Shown here one piece after another: positions 19,408-28,512 of a stretch of 64,000 nucleotides of DNA. The notes under the pieces are model-generated. The model saw nothing but the letters and a program-made list of their open reading frames with translations. It was not told the DNA's origin and ran no database searches. This DNA comes from Eubacteriales bacterium (GTDB lineage: Bacteria; Bacillota; Clostridia; Oscillospirales; CAG-382). The stretch's first letter is position 1; each line of letters opens with the position of its first letter. The translations under genes were made by a program, and so were the position numbers. The stretch spans positions 4,214 through 68,213 of the forward strand of contig JAZRTY010000039.1 of the NCBI GenBank assembly GCA_045652245.1, given 5' to 3'.

Positions 19408-19767
19408 ATGGTATCAAGAAAAGATGCAAATGCACAGAGAAAAAAGAGACACATCAGAGTACGTGCTAAAATTTCCGGCACAGCAGCTCGCCCCCGTCTT
19501 TGCGTATATCGTTCACTCAATAACATCTATGTTCAGATTATTGATGACACCTGTGGTAAGACACTTGTAAGCGCTTCTTCTGTTGAAAAAGAGTTCGGCA
19601 AGAACGGTGGTAACAAGGAAGATGCAAAGAAGGTTGGAGAACTCGCAGCAAAGCGTGCTCTCGAAAAGGGTATTACAGAAGTCGTTTTCGACAGAGGCGG
19701 CTATCTCTTCCACGGACGTGTAGCAGCACTCGCTGAAGGCGCCCGCGCGGCAGGACTTAAATTCTAA
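19408..19767 (+). CDS. rplR: 50S ribosomal protein L18
   Basis: RPRLCVYRS and [13 protein letters not shown] motifs. Confidence 0.98.
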   Translation: MVSRKDANAQRKKRHIRVRAKISGTAARPRLCVYRSLNNIYVQIIDDTCGKTLVSASSVEKEFGKNGGNKEDAKKVGELAAKRALEKGITEVVFDRGGYLFHGRVAALAEGARAAGLKF

Positions 19768-19779
19768 GGAGGTTTACCA

Positions 19780-20283
19780 ATGGCTAAGAACATAGATACA
19801 GCAACAAACGAACTTGAAGAAACAGTCGTTGTCACAAGACGTGTTTCCAAGACTGTAAAGGGTGGACGTATTATGCGTTTCGCTGCAGTAGTTGTTGTTG
19901 GTGACAGAAACGGTCACATCGGCTACGGTACAGGTAAATCAGCCGAAGTACCCGAAGCTATTAAGAAAGCAATCGAAGATGCAAAGAAGAATATGATTAC
20001 AGTATCCCTCAAGGGTACATCTATTCCTCACGAAGTAATCGGTGAATTTGGTGCAGCAAGAGTACTTATAAAGCCTGCTGCAGAAGGTACCGGTATCATC
20101 GCCGGAGGTACTTGCCGTGCAGTTCTTGAACTTGCAGGTATCAGAGACATCCGTGCAAAATCACTTCGTTCAAACAACAAAATCAATGTAGTTAAGGCTA
20201 CATTTGCAGGTCTTGCAAGCCTTAGAACAGCACAGGAAGTTGCTGCTCTCAGAGGTAAGAATGCACAGGACCTTACAAAGTAA
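19780..20283 (+). CDS. rpsE: 30S ribosomal protein S5
   Basis: KTVKGGR and GTGIIAGG motifs. Confidence 0.99.
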   Translation: MAKNIDTATNELEETVVVTRRVSKTVKGGRIMRFAAVVVVGDRNGHIGYGTGKSAEVPEAIKKAIEDAKKNMITVSLKGTSIPHEVIGEFGAARVLIKPAAEGTGIIAGGTCRAVLELAGIRDIRAKSLRSNNKINVVKATFAGLASLRTAQEVAALRGKNAQDLTK

Positions 20284-20299
20284 TAGGAGGACGCAGATA

Positions 20300-20485
20300 A
20301 TGGCACAGATTAAGGTAACTCTAAAAAAGAGTCTTATTGGCCGTAAGGCTAATCACATTGCTACTGCGAATTCCATGGGACTTCGCAAGATCGGCGATAC
20401 AAGCATTCAGACAAAGAATGCAGCTACAGAAGGTAAAATCGCCCTCATCAGCTATCTTGTTGATGCTGAAGAAGTAAATGGCTAA
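20300..20485 (+). CDS. rpmD: 50S ribosomal protein L30
   Basis: MAQIKVTLKKSLIGR after AGGAGG, between rpsE and rplO. Confidence 0.95.
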   Translation: MAQIKVTLKKSLIGRKANHIATANSMGLRKIGDTSIQTKNAATEGKIALISYLVDAEEVNG

Positions 20486-20536
20486 TTAAGATAGCACCAA
20501 TTCGGACATTCGTGTCCAGAGAAAGGATGAATTAAA

Positions 20537-20980
20537 ATGAAGCTTCATGAACTTACACCTGCTGCAGGTTCAGCGCAGAAGGCTTGGAGAAAGGGACGTG
20601 GTCCCGGCTCAGGTAACGGCAAGACTGCAGGTAAAGGTCACAAGGGTCAGAACGCAAGAAGCGGCGGCGGTGTACGTCCCGGCTTTGAAGGCGGTCAGAT
20701 TCCTATGTACAGAAGACTCCCTAAGAGAGGCTTTACAAACGATATGTTCAAGAAGGAATACGCTATTATTAACGTAGGAGCTCTTGATAAATTTGAAGAT
20801 GGCGCAACTGTTACAGTTGAAACACTTGTAGCTGAGGGCATGATAAGAAACATCAAGAGTGGTGTTAAGGTTCTCGGTACAGGCGACATCACAAAGAAGC
20901 TCACAGTACAGGCAAACCTCTTCTCTGCATCAGCTAAAGAGAAAATCGAGGCTGCCGGAGGAAAGGCTGAGGTGATTTGA
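20537..20980 (+). CDS. rplO: 50S ribosomal protein L15
   Basis: [11 protein letters not shown] and GFEGGQ motifs. Confidence 0.99.
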   Translation: MKLHELTPAAGSAQKAWRKGRGPGSGNGKTAGKGHKGQNARSGGGVRPGFEGGQIPMYRRLPKRGFTNDMFKKEYAIINVGALDKFEDGATVTVETLVAEGMIRNIKSGVKVLGTGDITKKLTVQANLFSASAKEKIEAAGGKAEVI

Positions 20981-20981
20981 A

Positions 20982-22292
20982 TTGTTGCAGACACTTAAAA
21001 ATGCGTGGAAGGTAGAAGAGACCAGAAAAGCACTCCTTTTTAATCTGCTGATTATTTTTATATTCCGTCTCGGTACAGCAATTCCGGTTCCGTACGTTGA
21101 TTCTGCAGCTCTCCATGATTTTTTCAACATGGGTGACGGTGTAGCATCGCTTTTCCAGTATTTTAACCTACTTTCAGGTGACGCTTTTGCTAAAGCTACC
21201 CTGTTTGCACTTTCAATCACACCTTATATTAACGCTTCAATTATTATGCAGCTTTTAACTATCGCAATTCCTGCTCTTGAAAGACTTTCAAAGCAGGGTG
21301 ATGAAGGTAGAAAGAAGATTGCTCAGATTACAAGATACGCAACAGTAGTTCTCGCAGTTCTCACAGCTTTTGGTTACTACACATTCCTCAGAAACCAGCC
21401 GTGGACAGATATTAACGGTGCTCAGCATTACGGCTTCCTCTTTGACAAGGGCGTTTTCGCTGCAATCGTTATTATCGTAGCTTACTGTGCGGGTGCATCC
21501 ATCATTATGTGGCTCGGTGAGCAGATTAACGAAAAGGGTATCGGTAACGGTATTTCAATAATCCTTTTCGCTAACATCGTAGCAAGCCTTCCGTCGCAGA
21601 TTATGGGTGGCTTCGGTATCTACACACAGGTTATCGGTATTATCGCAGTAGCACTTATACTTCTTCTGTATATTGCTACAATGTGGTTCGTAGTTTATAT
21701 CAGCGATGCAGAACACAGAATCCCCGTTCAGTATGCTAAGCGTCAGGTTGGCAGAAAAATGTACGGCGGTCAAAACTCCTTCCTTCCCTTGAAGGTCAAT
21801 ATGACAGGTGTTATGCCGATGATTTTCGCATCTGCTATCGTTTCTATCCCGGATACAATTGCGATGTTCTCAGCTAAGTTCGCAAACAGCGCACTTTATA
21901 CACGTTGGCTCTCTTCAAGAGGCCCCGTTTATATAGTATTTTTCTTCCTGCTTATAGTTGCTTTTGCGTACTTCTATGTTGCTATCTCCTTCAATCCTAC
22001 TGAAGTTGCTAACAACTTAAAGAAGAACAGTGGTACAATCCCGGGTATCCGTCCCGGTAAGCCTACAGTTGATTATATTACAAGAATACTCAACAGAGTA
22101 ACTCTTATCGGCGCTTTTGCAATCGGTATTATCGCTATAATTCCTTTTGTTCTGGCTGCTGTTAACCCGAACTTTGCATTCCTTCAGTTTGGTGGTTCTT
22201 CAATAATCATTGTTGTAGGTGTTGTACTTGAAGTATGGCGTGCTCTTGAAGCTAAACTTTCAATGCGCCACTACAAGGGCTTCCTCGATTAA
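20982..22292 (+). CDS. secY: Preprotein translocase subunit SecY
   Basis: LSITPYINASII, GIGNGIS and IPGIRPG motifs; TTG start. Confidence 0.98.
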   Translation: MLQTLKNAWKVEETRKALLFNLLIIFIFRLGTAIPVPYVDSAALHDFFNMGDGVASLFQYFNLLSGDAFAKATLFALSITPYINASIIMQLLTIAIPALERLSKQGDEGRKKIAQITRYATVVLAVLTAFGYYTFLRNQPWTDINGAQHYGFLFDKGVFAAIVIIVAYCAGASIIMWLGEQINEKGIGNGISIILFANIVASLPSQIMGGFGIYTQVIGIIAVALILLLYIATMWFVVYISDAEHRIPVQYAKRQVGRKMYGGQNSFLPLKVNMTGVMPMIFASAIVSIPDTIAMFSAKFANSALYTRWLSSRGPVYIVFFFLLIVAFAYFYVAISFNPTEVANNLKKNSGTIPGIRPGKPTVDYITRILNRVTLIGAFAIGIIAIIPFVLAAVNPNFAFLQFGGSSIIIVVGVVLEVWRALEAKLSMRHYKGFLD

Positions 22293-22324
22293 TTGCGTTT
22301 TTTGACCGAGAAAGGAAAATTCTG

Positions 22325-22960
22325 ATGAAGATTATATTTTTCGGTGCCCCCGGTGCAGGTAAGGGTACACAGGCTGAAATCGTCAGCGAAAAGCTTGGTG
22401 TTCCGACAATATCCACCGGTGCGATTATCAGAAGTGCCATAAAAGAAGGCACTGAAATGGGCAAGGCTGCCAAGGCTCAGATTGAGAAGGGTGGACTTGT
22501 TCCGGATGAAGTTGTTATAGGTATAATTAAGGAAAGACTCAGCAAGGACGACTGCAAAAACGGTTTTATCCTTGACGGTTTTCCAAGAACAGTTCCACAG
22601 GCAAAGGCTCTTGACGAAATGGGAATTTCAGTTGACGTAGTTCTTGACCTTGAAGTTGAGGACGAGGCAATAGTTAAGAGAATGAGTGGCAGACGGGTAT
22701 GTCTTTCATGTGGTGCTTCTTATCACACAGATTATAAGAAGCCGAAGACAGAAGGTGTCTGCGATGCTTGTGGTGAAGCACTCACTTGCCGTGCAGATGA
22801 TGCTCCGGAGGTAGTGCAGTCAAGACTCAAGGTTTACCATGAGGAAACCGAACCTCTCAAGGACTATTATTCCGAAAAGGGAAATCTCAAGATTGTCTAT
22901 GGACAAGAGGAGCTTTCCGAAACTACAAGACTTACTCTTGAAGCACTTGGAATAAAGTAA
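22325..22960 (+). CDS. adk: Adenylate kinase
   Basis: GAPGAGKGT and LDGFPRT motifs with Zn-binding LID. Confidence 0.98.
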   Translation: MKIIFFGAPGAGKGTQAEIVSEKLGVPTISTGAIIRSAIKEGTEMGKAAKAQIEKGGLVPDEVVIGIIKERLSKDDCKNGFILDGFPRTVPQAKALDEMGISVDVVLDLEVEDEAIVKRMSGRRVCLSCGASYHTDYKKPKTEGVCDACGEALTCRADDAPEVVQSRLKVYHEETEPLKDYYSEKGNLKIVYGQEELSETTRLTLEALGIK

Positions 22961-22975
22961 GATACAGGAATTGCT

Positions 22976-23722
22976 ATGATTAAACTCAAAAACAAAGAAC
23001 AGCTCGAAAAAATGCGTATAGCAGGCAGAATTACTGCAACGGCTCTTGAGGTTGCCCGTGAGCATATAAAGCCGGGTGCTACCCCTCTTGCCGTTGACAG
23101 GGCAATTCGCCATTATATCGAAAAAGAAGGTGCAAAGCCTTCCTTCCTCGGTTATGGTGGATTCCCTGCAAGTGCCTGCATCAGCATAAACGACGAAGTA
23201 ATCCACGGCATACCCAACGATACACCGTTTTCCGACGGTGACCTTGTAAAGGTTGATGTCGGAGCATATATAGGCGGTTTTCACGGTGACAGCGCAAGAA
23301 CTTTCTTTTGTGGTAACGTTTCGGAAGAAGCAATACGACTTGAAAAAGTTACAAGAGAAGCCTTCTTTGCAGGAATGGAAAGAGCGCTTATCGGCGCAAG
23401 ACTCGGAGATATATCTTCTGCCGTGCAGAGGGTTGTCGAGGAAGCAGGCTTTTCGGTTGTTCGGGAATATGTCGGACACGGAATAGGCAGTTCACTTCAT
23501 GAAGACCCGGAAGTTCCGAATTTCGGAAGAGAAGGTCGTGGAATGAGGCTTATGGAAGGTATGGTGCTTGCTCTGGAGCCTATGGTTAACGCAGGCGATT
23601 TCAGGGTAAAGGTACTTCCTAACGACTGGACTGTCGTAACTGTCGATGGTAGTCTTTCGGCACACTTCGAGAACACCATAGCTATTACCGGAAACGGTCC
23701 GGAAATACTCACAAAGATTTAA
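22976..23722 (+). CDS. map: Methionine aminopeptidase type I
   Basis: IHGIP, GHGIG, EPM and SAHFE motifs. Confidence 0.97.
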   Translation: MIKLKNKEQLEKMRIAGRITATALEVAREHIKPGATPLAVDRAIRHYIEKEGAKPSFLGYGGFPASACISINDEVIHGIPNDTPFSDGDLVKVDVGAYIGGFHGDSARTFFCGNVSEEAIRLEKVTREAFFAGMERALIGARLGDISSAVQRVVEEAGFSVVREYVGHGIGSSLHEDPEVPNFGREGRGMRLMEGMVLALEPMVNAGDFRVKVLPNDWTVVTVDGSLSAHFENTIAITGNGPEILTKI

Positions 23723-23913
23723 GGACTTAAAAATTAAAATATTCTTGCCCGAGATAGTATTCAGGCTGGATTCTGTGATATACCGAAGGAGCAGGTATGC
23801 TGAACCTGGGTATTCGGTGAAAAAAGAGCTTACCTTCACAGACCTTGCCGCGGCAGAATTTATTGCAGGGCAAAAAATTATAATCCTAAAAATTTTAGTT
23901 TGGAGGGATTGTC

Positions 23914-24132
23914 CTGGCTAAGGATGACGTAATAGAGTTTGAAGGCGTAGTGCTTGAAGCACTCCCGAATGCTCAGTTTAAAGTCAAGCTCCCGAATGAG
24001 CACGTGATTACAGCTCACATCTCGGGAAAACTCAGAATGAATTTCATCAAAATTCTTCCGGGCGATAAGGTTACAGTCGAGGTATCGGTTTATGACCTTT
24101 CTAAAGGAAGAATAACTTGGAGAGCAAAGTAA
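23914..24132 (+). CDS. infA: Translation initiation factor IF-1 (CTG start)
   Basis: GGAGGG (23902-23907), 6 nt, then CTG-GCT-AAG-GAT-GAC = (M)[10 protein letters not shown]; gives the canonical 72 aa. Confidence 0.93.
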   Translation: MAKDDVIEFEGVVLEALPNAQFKVKLPNEHVITAHISGKLRMNFIKILPGDKVTVEVSVYDLSKGRITWRAK

Positions 24133-24167
24133 GCTCAAACATTTAGTATAACAGGAGGTAAAAGAAA

Positions 24168-24281
24168 ATGAAAGTTAGACCTTCAGTGAAAAAAATCTGC
24201 GAAAAGTGCAAAATAATCAAGAGACACGGTATTATTATGGTTATTTGCGAAAATCCGAAACATAAGCAGAAACAAGGTTGA
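24168..24281 (+). CDS. rpmJ: 50S ribosomal protein L36
   Basis: [37 protein letters not shown]; below the ORF-track length cut-off. Confidence 0.97.
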   Translation: MKVRPSVKKICEKCKIIKRHGIIMVICENPKHKQKQG

Positions 24282-24391
24282 GAAACAATTGCCGTAGGCA
24301 ATGTTTGGCAGTAAAAGGATTTTCGAATCACTTTCGTAACCGGAAATAAAATTGAATTTCCGTAATTTTTTGGAAAGAGGTGCATTAAAAA

Positions 24392-24760
24392 ATGGCTCGT
24401 ATAGCAGGTGTAGATTTGCCAAGAGAAAAGCGTGTTGAAATCGGTTTGACATACGTTTTCGGAATTGGCTTGACCAGCTCAAAAAAGATTCTTGAAAAAA
24501 CAGGAATCAACCCCGATACAAGAGTTAAGGACCTTACAGAAGACGACGTAGCAAAGCTCCGTGAGGTTATCGAGCACGAATACACAGTAGAAGGTGACCT
24601 TCGCCGTGATGTTGCGCTCAACATTAAGCGTCTTGTAGAAATTGATTGTTACAGAGGAAAGAGACACCGTAAGGGTCTTCCCGTTAGAGGTCAGCGTACA
24701 AAGACTAATGCTAGAACTCGTAAGGGTCCGGCTAAGACAATCGCTAACAAGAAGAAATAA
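24392..24760 (+). CDS. rpsM: 30S ribosomal protein S13
   Basis: [10 protein letters not shown] and [14 protein letters not shown] motifs. Confidence 0.99.
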   Translation: MARIAGVDLPREKRVEIGLTYVFGIGLTSSKKILEKTGINPDTRVKDLTEDDVAKLREVIEHEYTVEGDLRRDVALNIKRLVEIDCYRGKRHRKGLPVRGQRTKTNARTRKGPAKTIANKKK

Positions 24761-24800
24761 ATTTGTGTAAGTTCTCTTACGCAGGAAGGAGTATCGGAAA

Positions 24801-25202
24801 ATGGCTAAAGCAGTAGCTAAGAAAGGCGTATCAAGAAAGCGCCGCGAACGCAAAAATATCGAAAAAGGTGCAGCACATATCAGCTCAACCTTTAACAATA
24901 CTATCGTTACCATTTCTGATGTAAACGGTAACACCATTTCTTGGGCAAGTGCCGGTGAAATGGGCTTCAGAGGCTCAAGAAAGTCAACTCCGTTCGCTGC
25001 ACAGTCTGCAGCTGAAACAGCAGCAAAGGCTGCTATGGAGCACGGTCTTAAGACTGTTGAAGTATACGTAAAGGGACCCGGTCAGGGAAGAGAATCTGCA
25101 ATCAGAGCTCTCCAGACAGCAGGTCTTGACATCACTCTTATTAAGGATGTAACCCCGATTCCTCACAACGGATGCCGTCCCCCCAAGCGTAGACGTGTAT
25201 AA
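24801..25202 (+). CDS. rpsK: 30S ribosomal protein S11
   Basis: STFNNT and [13 protein letters not shown] motifs. Confidence 0.99.
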   Translation: MAKAVAKKGVSRKRRERKNIEKGAAHISSTFNNTIVTISDVNGNTISWASAGEMGFRGSRKSTPFAAQSAAETAAKAAMEHGLKTVEVYVKGPGQGRESAIRALQTAGLDITLIKDVTPIPHNGCRPPKRRRV

Positions 25203-25242
25203 TCGTTTTGTGAAAAGATACATTTAAAGGAGGAATATCAAA

Positions 25243-25869
25243 ATGGCTAAATATACAGGCCCTGCGTGCAGACTTTGCCGCAGAGAAGGCGTAAAGCTTT
25301 TCGGTAAGGGCGAACGTTGCTTTACAGAAAAGTGCGCTATGAGCAGACGCGGACAGGCTCCCGGACAGCACGGTGCAGCCCGCAAGAAAATAGGCGAATA
25401 CGGACTCCAGCTTCGTGAAAAGCAGAAAACAAAGAGATACTACGGTATCCAGGAAAAGCAGTTCAGAAACTACTTTGCAATTGCTGACGCAAAGGAAGGT
25501 ATGACAGGTGAAAACCTTCTCACACTTATCGAACGCAGACTTGATAACATAGTTTACAAGATGGGTATGGGTGAATCAAGAAGAGACGCAAGACAGCTCG
25601 TTGTACACGGACACTTCCTTGTAAACGGCAAGAAGGCAGACATCCCTTCAATGCTTCTTCGTGCAGGCGACGTTGTATCTGTTAAGGATACAAGCAAGAA
25701 GTCTGAAAAAATCAAATCTCTTATTGACAATCTCGACAACAGAAAAGCACCCGCTTGGCTGGTTGTTGACAAGGAAAATGTTACAGCTAAGGTTGAAGCA
25801 CTTCCCAAGAGAGAAGATATCGACTTCCCGATTGAGGAGCACCTCATCGTCGAATTGTATTCAAAATAA
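25243..25869 (+). CDS. rpsD: 30S ribosomal protein S4
   Basis: [15 protein letters not shown] and ERRLDN motifs. Confidence 0.99.
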   Translation: MAKYTGPACRLCRREGVKLFGKGERCFTEKCAMSRRGQAPGQHGAARKKIGEYGLQLREKQKTKRYYGIQEKQFRNYFAIADAKEGMTGENLLTLIERRLDNIVYKMGMGESRRDARQLVVHGHFLVNGKKADIPSMLLRAGDVVSVKDTSKKSEKIKSLIDNLDNRKAPAWLVVDKENVTAKVEALPKREDIDFPIEEHLIVELYSK

Positions 25870-26004
25870 ATCCTCGCCGGAAAACTGCATTATATGCACC
25901 TTTCCGGTGCAGGCAGTATTTTTTCGAGTATCAGCTTTAAAAGCGACATAGTAACACCCGCATAAGGTAAAGTTGCCATGCGGTCAGGATTGGAGGGTTT
26001 TGTA

Positions 26005-26952
26005 ATGATTCAAAGACCGAATATAATGCAAGAAGACACCAGCGCAGACGGTTCATATGGCAGATTTGTCGTTGAACCTCTTGAAAGAGGCTACGGCGTT
26101 ACTCTCGGAAACTCACTTCGCAGAGTACTTCTCAGTTCTCTTCCGGGTACAGCCGTAACTAACGTAAAAATTGACGGAGTCCTTCACGAAATTTCAACGG
26201 TACAGGGAGTAAAGGAAGACGTTCCGGAAATTATCCTTAATGTAAAGGGTATAACCGCGAAGCTCTATTCCGATACACCCAAGACTGTGACAATAGAGGC
26301 TCACGGAGAGTGTGTAGTAACTGCAGGCGACATCAATGGCGATGCAGACATCGAAATACTTAACAAGGAGCATCATATTGCAACTGTCGCAGAAGGCGAA
26401 AGCTTCAGAATGGAGCTGACGTTTGACCACGGCAGAGGTTATGTATCAAGTGAAAAGAACAAGCAGAACGCAGGAAGCAGCGAGATCGGCAGAATATACA
26501 CCGACTCAATCTACACACCTGTGTATCACGCATCTTACACAGTTGAAAACACCCGTGTAGGAAACATTACAGACTACGATAAGCTAACTCTCGAGGTAAG
26601 AACAGACGGAACAACGACTGCAAAGGAAGCAATTTCCCTTGCCGCCAAGATTCTCAATGAACACCTCAGTCTCTTTGTGGATTTGTCGGATGACGCAAAG
26701 ACCAAGGAGATAATGGTTGACAGAACCGAAACCGTAAAGGAAAAAATATTGGAGATGACCATTGAGGAGCTTGACATGTCGGTACGATCATTCAATTGCT
26801 TGAAGCGTGCCGGTATAGATACAGTTGAAGACCTTGTAAATAAGTCGGAAGACGATATGATAAAGGTTAGAAACCTCGGAAAGAAATCCCTTGACGAAGT
26901 TATAAAGAAGCTGCACGATTTAGGTTTAAAGCTTAAATCCGAAGAAGACTAA
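26005..26952 (+). CDS. rpoA: RNA polymerase subunit alpha
   Basis: [17 protein letters not shown] and [13 protein letters not shown] motifs; ATG 26005 follows GGAGG. Confidence 0.98.
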   Translation: MIQRPNIMQEDTSADGSYGRFVVEPLERGYGVTLGNSLRRVLLSSLPGTAVTNVKIDGVLHEISTVQGVKEDVPEIILNVKGITAKLYSDTPKTVTIEAHGECVVTAGDINGDADIEILNKEHHIATVAEGESFRMELTFDHGRGYVSSEKNKQNAGSSEIGRIYTDSIYTPVYHASYTVENTRVGNITDYDKLTLEVRTDGTTTAKEAISLAAKILNEHLSLFVDLSDDAKTKEIMVDRTETVKEKILEMTIEELDMSVRSFNCLKRAGIDTVEDLVNKSEDDMIKVRNLGKKSLDEVIKKLHDLGLKLKSEED

Positions 26953-26987
26953 TAACTTTTGAAAAATAAGATAAGGAGGCAAAGAAG

Positions 26988-27332
26988 ATGCCAGGAACAA
27001 GAAAGCTTGGACGCCCGACAGCGCATAGAATGTCTATGCTCAGAGGTCTTGTAACAGCGCTTTTCGAGAACGGAAAGCTTGAAACAACAGTTACAAGAGC
27101 AAAAGAAGTCAGTGCGCTTGCAGATAAAATGATAACACTTGGCAAGAGTGGAACTCTTGCAGACAGAAGACAGGCACTTTCCTTTATCACAAAGGAAGAT
27201 GTAGTAACAAAGCTCTTTGCTGAAATCGCCCCCAGCTATGCTGAAAGAAACGGCGGTTACACAAGAGTACTCAAGACAGGACCTCGCCGTGGCGACGGTG
27301 CTGAAATGGCTATAATCGAGCTTGTAAAGTAA
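26988..27332 (+). CDS. rplQ: 50S ribosomal protein L17
   Basis: RKLGR and [14 protein letters not shown] motifs. Confidence 0.99.
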   Translation: MPGTRKLGRPTAHRMSMLRGLVTALFENGKLETTVTRAKEVSALADKMITLGKSGTLADRRQALSFITKEDVVTKLFAEIAPSYAERNGGYTRVLKTGPRRGDGAEMAIIELVK

Positions 27333-27345
27333 TATGTGTTTATAG

Positions 27346-27372
27346 GAACCCCCTGATTTTTCAGGGGGTTTG
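27346..27372 (+). terminator. Terminator of the S10-spc-alpha cluster
   Basis: AACCCCCTGA-TTTT-TCAGGGGGTT followed by a T-rich tail. Confidence 0.8.
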
Positions 27373-27391
27373 TCTTTCTTGAAAGATTGAG

Positions 27392-27466
27392 ACTCCCTCA
27401 GTCTCGCTGCGTTCGACAGCTCCCTCGGCGAGGGAGGTGGCAAGGCGCAGCCTTGACGGAAGGAGT
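27392..27466. repeat. REP-like double-hairpin element, family A, upstream of DUF559
   Basis: ACTCCCTCAGTC..GACAGCTCCCTC-GGC-GAGGGAG fused to GTGGC..GACGGAAGGAGT. Confidence 0.85.
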
Positions 27467-27486
27467 AACATTATAAAAGGGGAAAA

Positions 27487-27834
27487 ATGTCATTAAAATA
27501 CAACGGAAAACTGATAGAATATGCAAAAAGCCTTCGTAAAGAAATGACAACACAGGAAAAGCATCTTTGGTACGATTTTTTAAGAATATCTCCTGTGAGA
27601 TTTCAAAGACAGAAGGCAATAGGAAATTATATTGTTGATTTTTATTGTCACCAGGCAAAACTTGTAATAGAACTTGACGGTTCACAGCATTGTGAAGATA
27701 AACAACATGAATATGACAATAAAAGAAGTAGAGAATTAGAGGAAATGGGTATCAGGGTAGTAAGATTTACTAATCTTGAAATAGATACTCAATTTGACGA
27801 GGTCTGTGAAATAATAGCTTCCCTTATTGAGTAA
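27487..27834 (+). CDS. DUF559 / Vsr-like PD-(D/E)XK endonuclease domain protein
   Basis: AKSLRKEMT.QE..LW, FQRQ..IG.YIVDFYC, LVIELDGSQH, D..R...L...G..V.RF.N signature. Confidence 0.9.
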   Translation: MSLKYNGKLIEYAKSLRKEMTTQEKHLWYDFLRISPVRFQRQKAIGNYIVDFYCHQAKLVIELDGSQHCEDKQHEYDNKRSRELEEMGIRVVRFTNLEIDTQFDEVCEIIASLIE

Positions 27835-27989
27835 ACTCCCTCAGTCTCACTGCGTTCGACAGCTCCCTCGGAGAGGGAGCCTTTTAGCCTTCCTCTGTGA
27901 GGAAGGTGGATTTGCCGAAGGCAAAGACGGAAGGAGTAAACTCCCTCAGTCAAAAACAAGTTTTTGACAGCTCCCTCGGCGAGGGAGCC
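27835..27989. repeat. Three alternating family A REP-like units downstream of DUF559
   Basis: Forward unit 27835-27881, inverted-type unit 27887-27937, forward unit 27940-27989. Confidence 0.88.
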
Positions 27990-28512
27990 TTAATTACAAT
28001 ATATGGTATGCTGTGAAAAACGGCACCACAAGAAAAGAGTATGTTTACAATCAAGCCCATGGTTGTTTGCAGATTGTTTATCTATTTTTTTAAAATTATG
28101 ATATAATGATTATGTGCAAGGATTGGATAAAATTTGCAAAATGCACAAAATTAGGTGTTGGTTTTGTTGAAGTTCAACAAAAGTTGTCGAACAACACCCG
28201 GTGAATGTCATTTTTGCGATTTTTGTTCAATTCACAATTTATCCAAATTGCAAAGAGTCGTGAATTTTTTTCCGGCTCGGATAATACTTTGTATTGTGGG
28301 CAAAGAAAAAAGTACAATTTATTATTATTCAAGATTAAAAATATGTATTTAGGAGGCGATATTGGCGCAAAAACACCCCTTTCCTGTTTTTCGTTGCGAC
28401 GGAAAGGGCAAAATGTGCAACGGGACTGTGACCACTGCAGAGACAGTGGCGGGGGCATTTAAAATATTTATTAAATGCGAAAAAATCGTTATTTTTGAAA
28501 GGAGAAAATACG

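Noticed and set aside
23775-23800. CCGAAGGAGCAG resembling SRP RNA or glycine riboswitch motifs
   Set aside because: The flanking conserved elements (SRP TCAGG..GGAAGGAAGCAGC; glycine GGAGA..CTCTCAGG) are absent.
27835-27989. Repeats next to a nuclease gene as a possible CRISPR array
   Set aside because: Units alternate in orientation, lack unique constant-length spacers, recur at dispersed sites, and no cas genes are present.
28350-28460. Possible c-di-GMP riboswitch upstream of the giant surface protein
   Set aside because: Only isolated GCAAA and GTGCAAC words; the class I or II stem arrangement could not be built.
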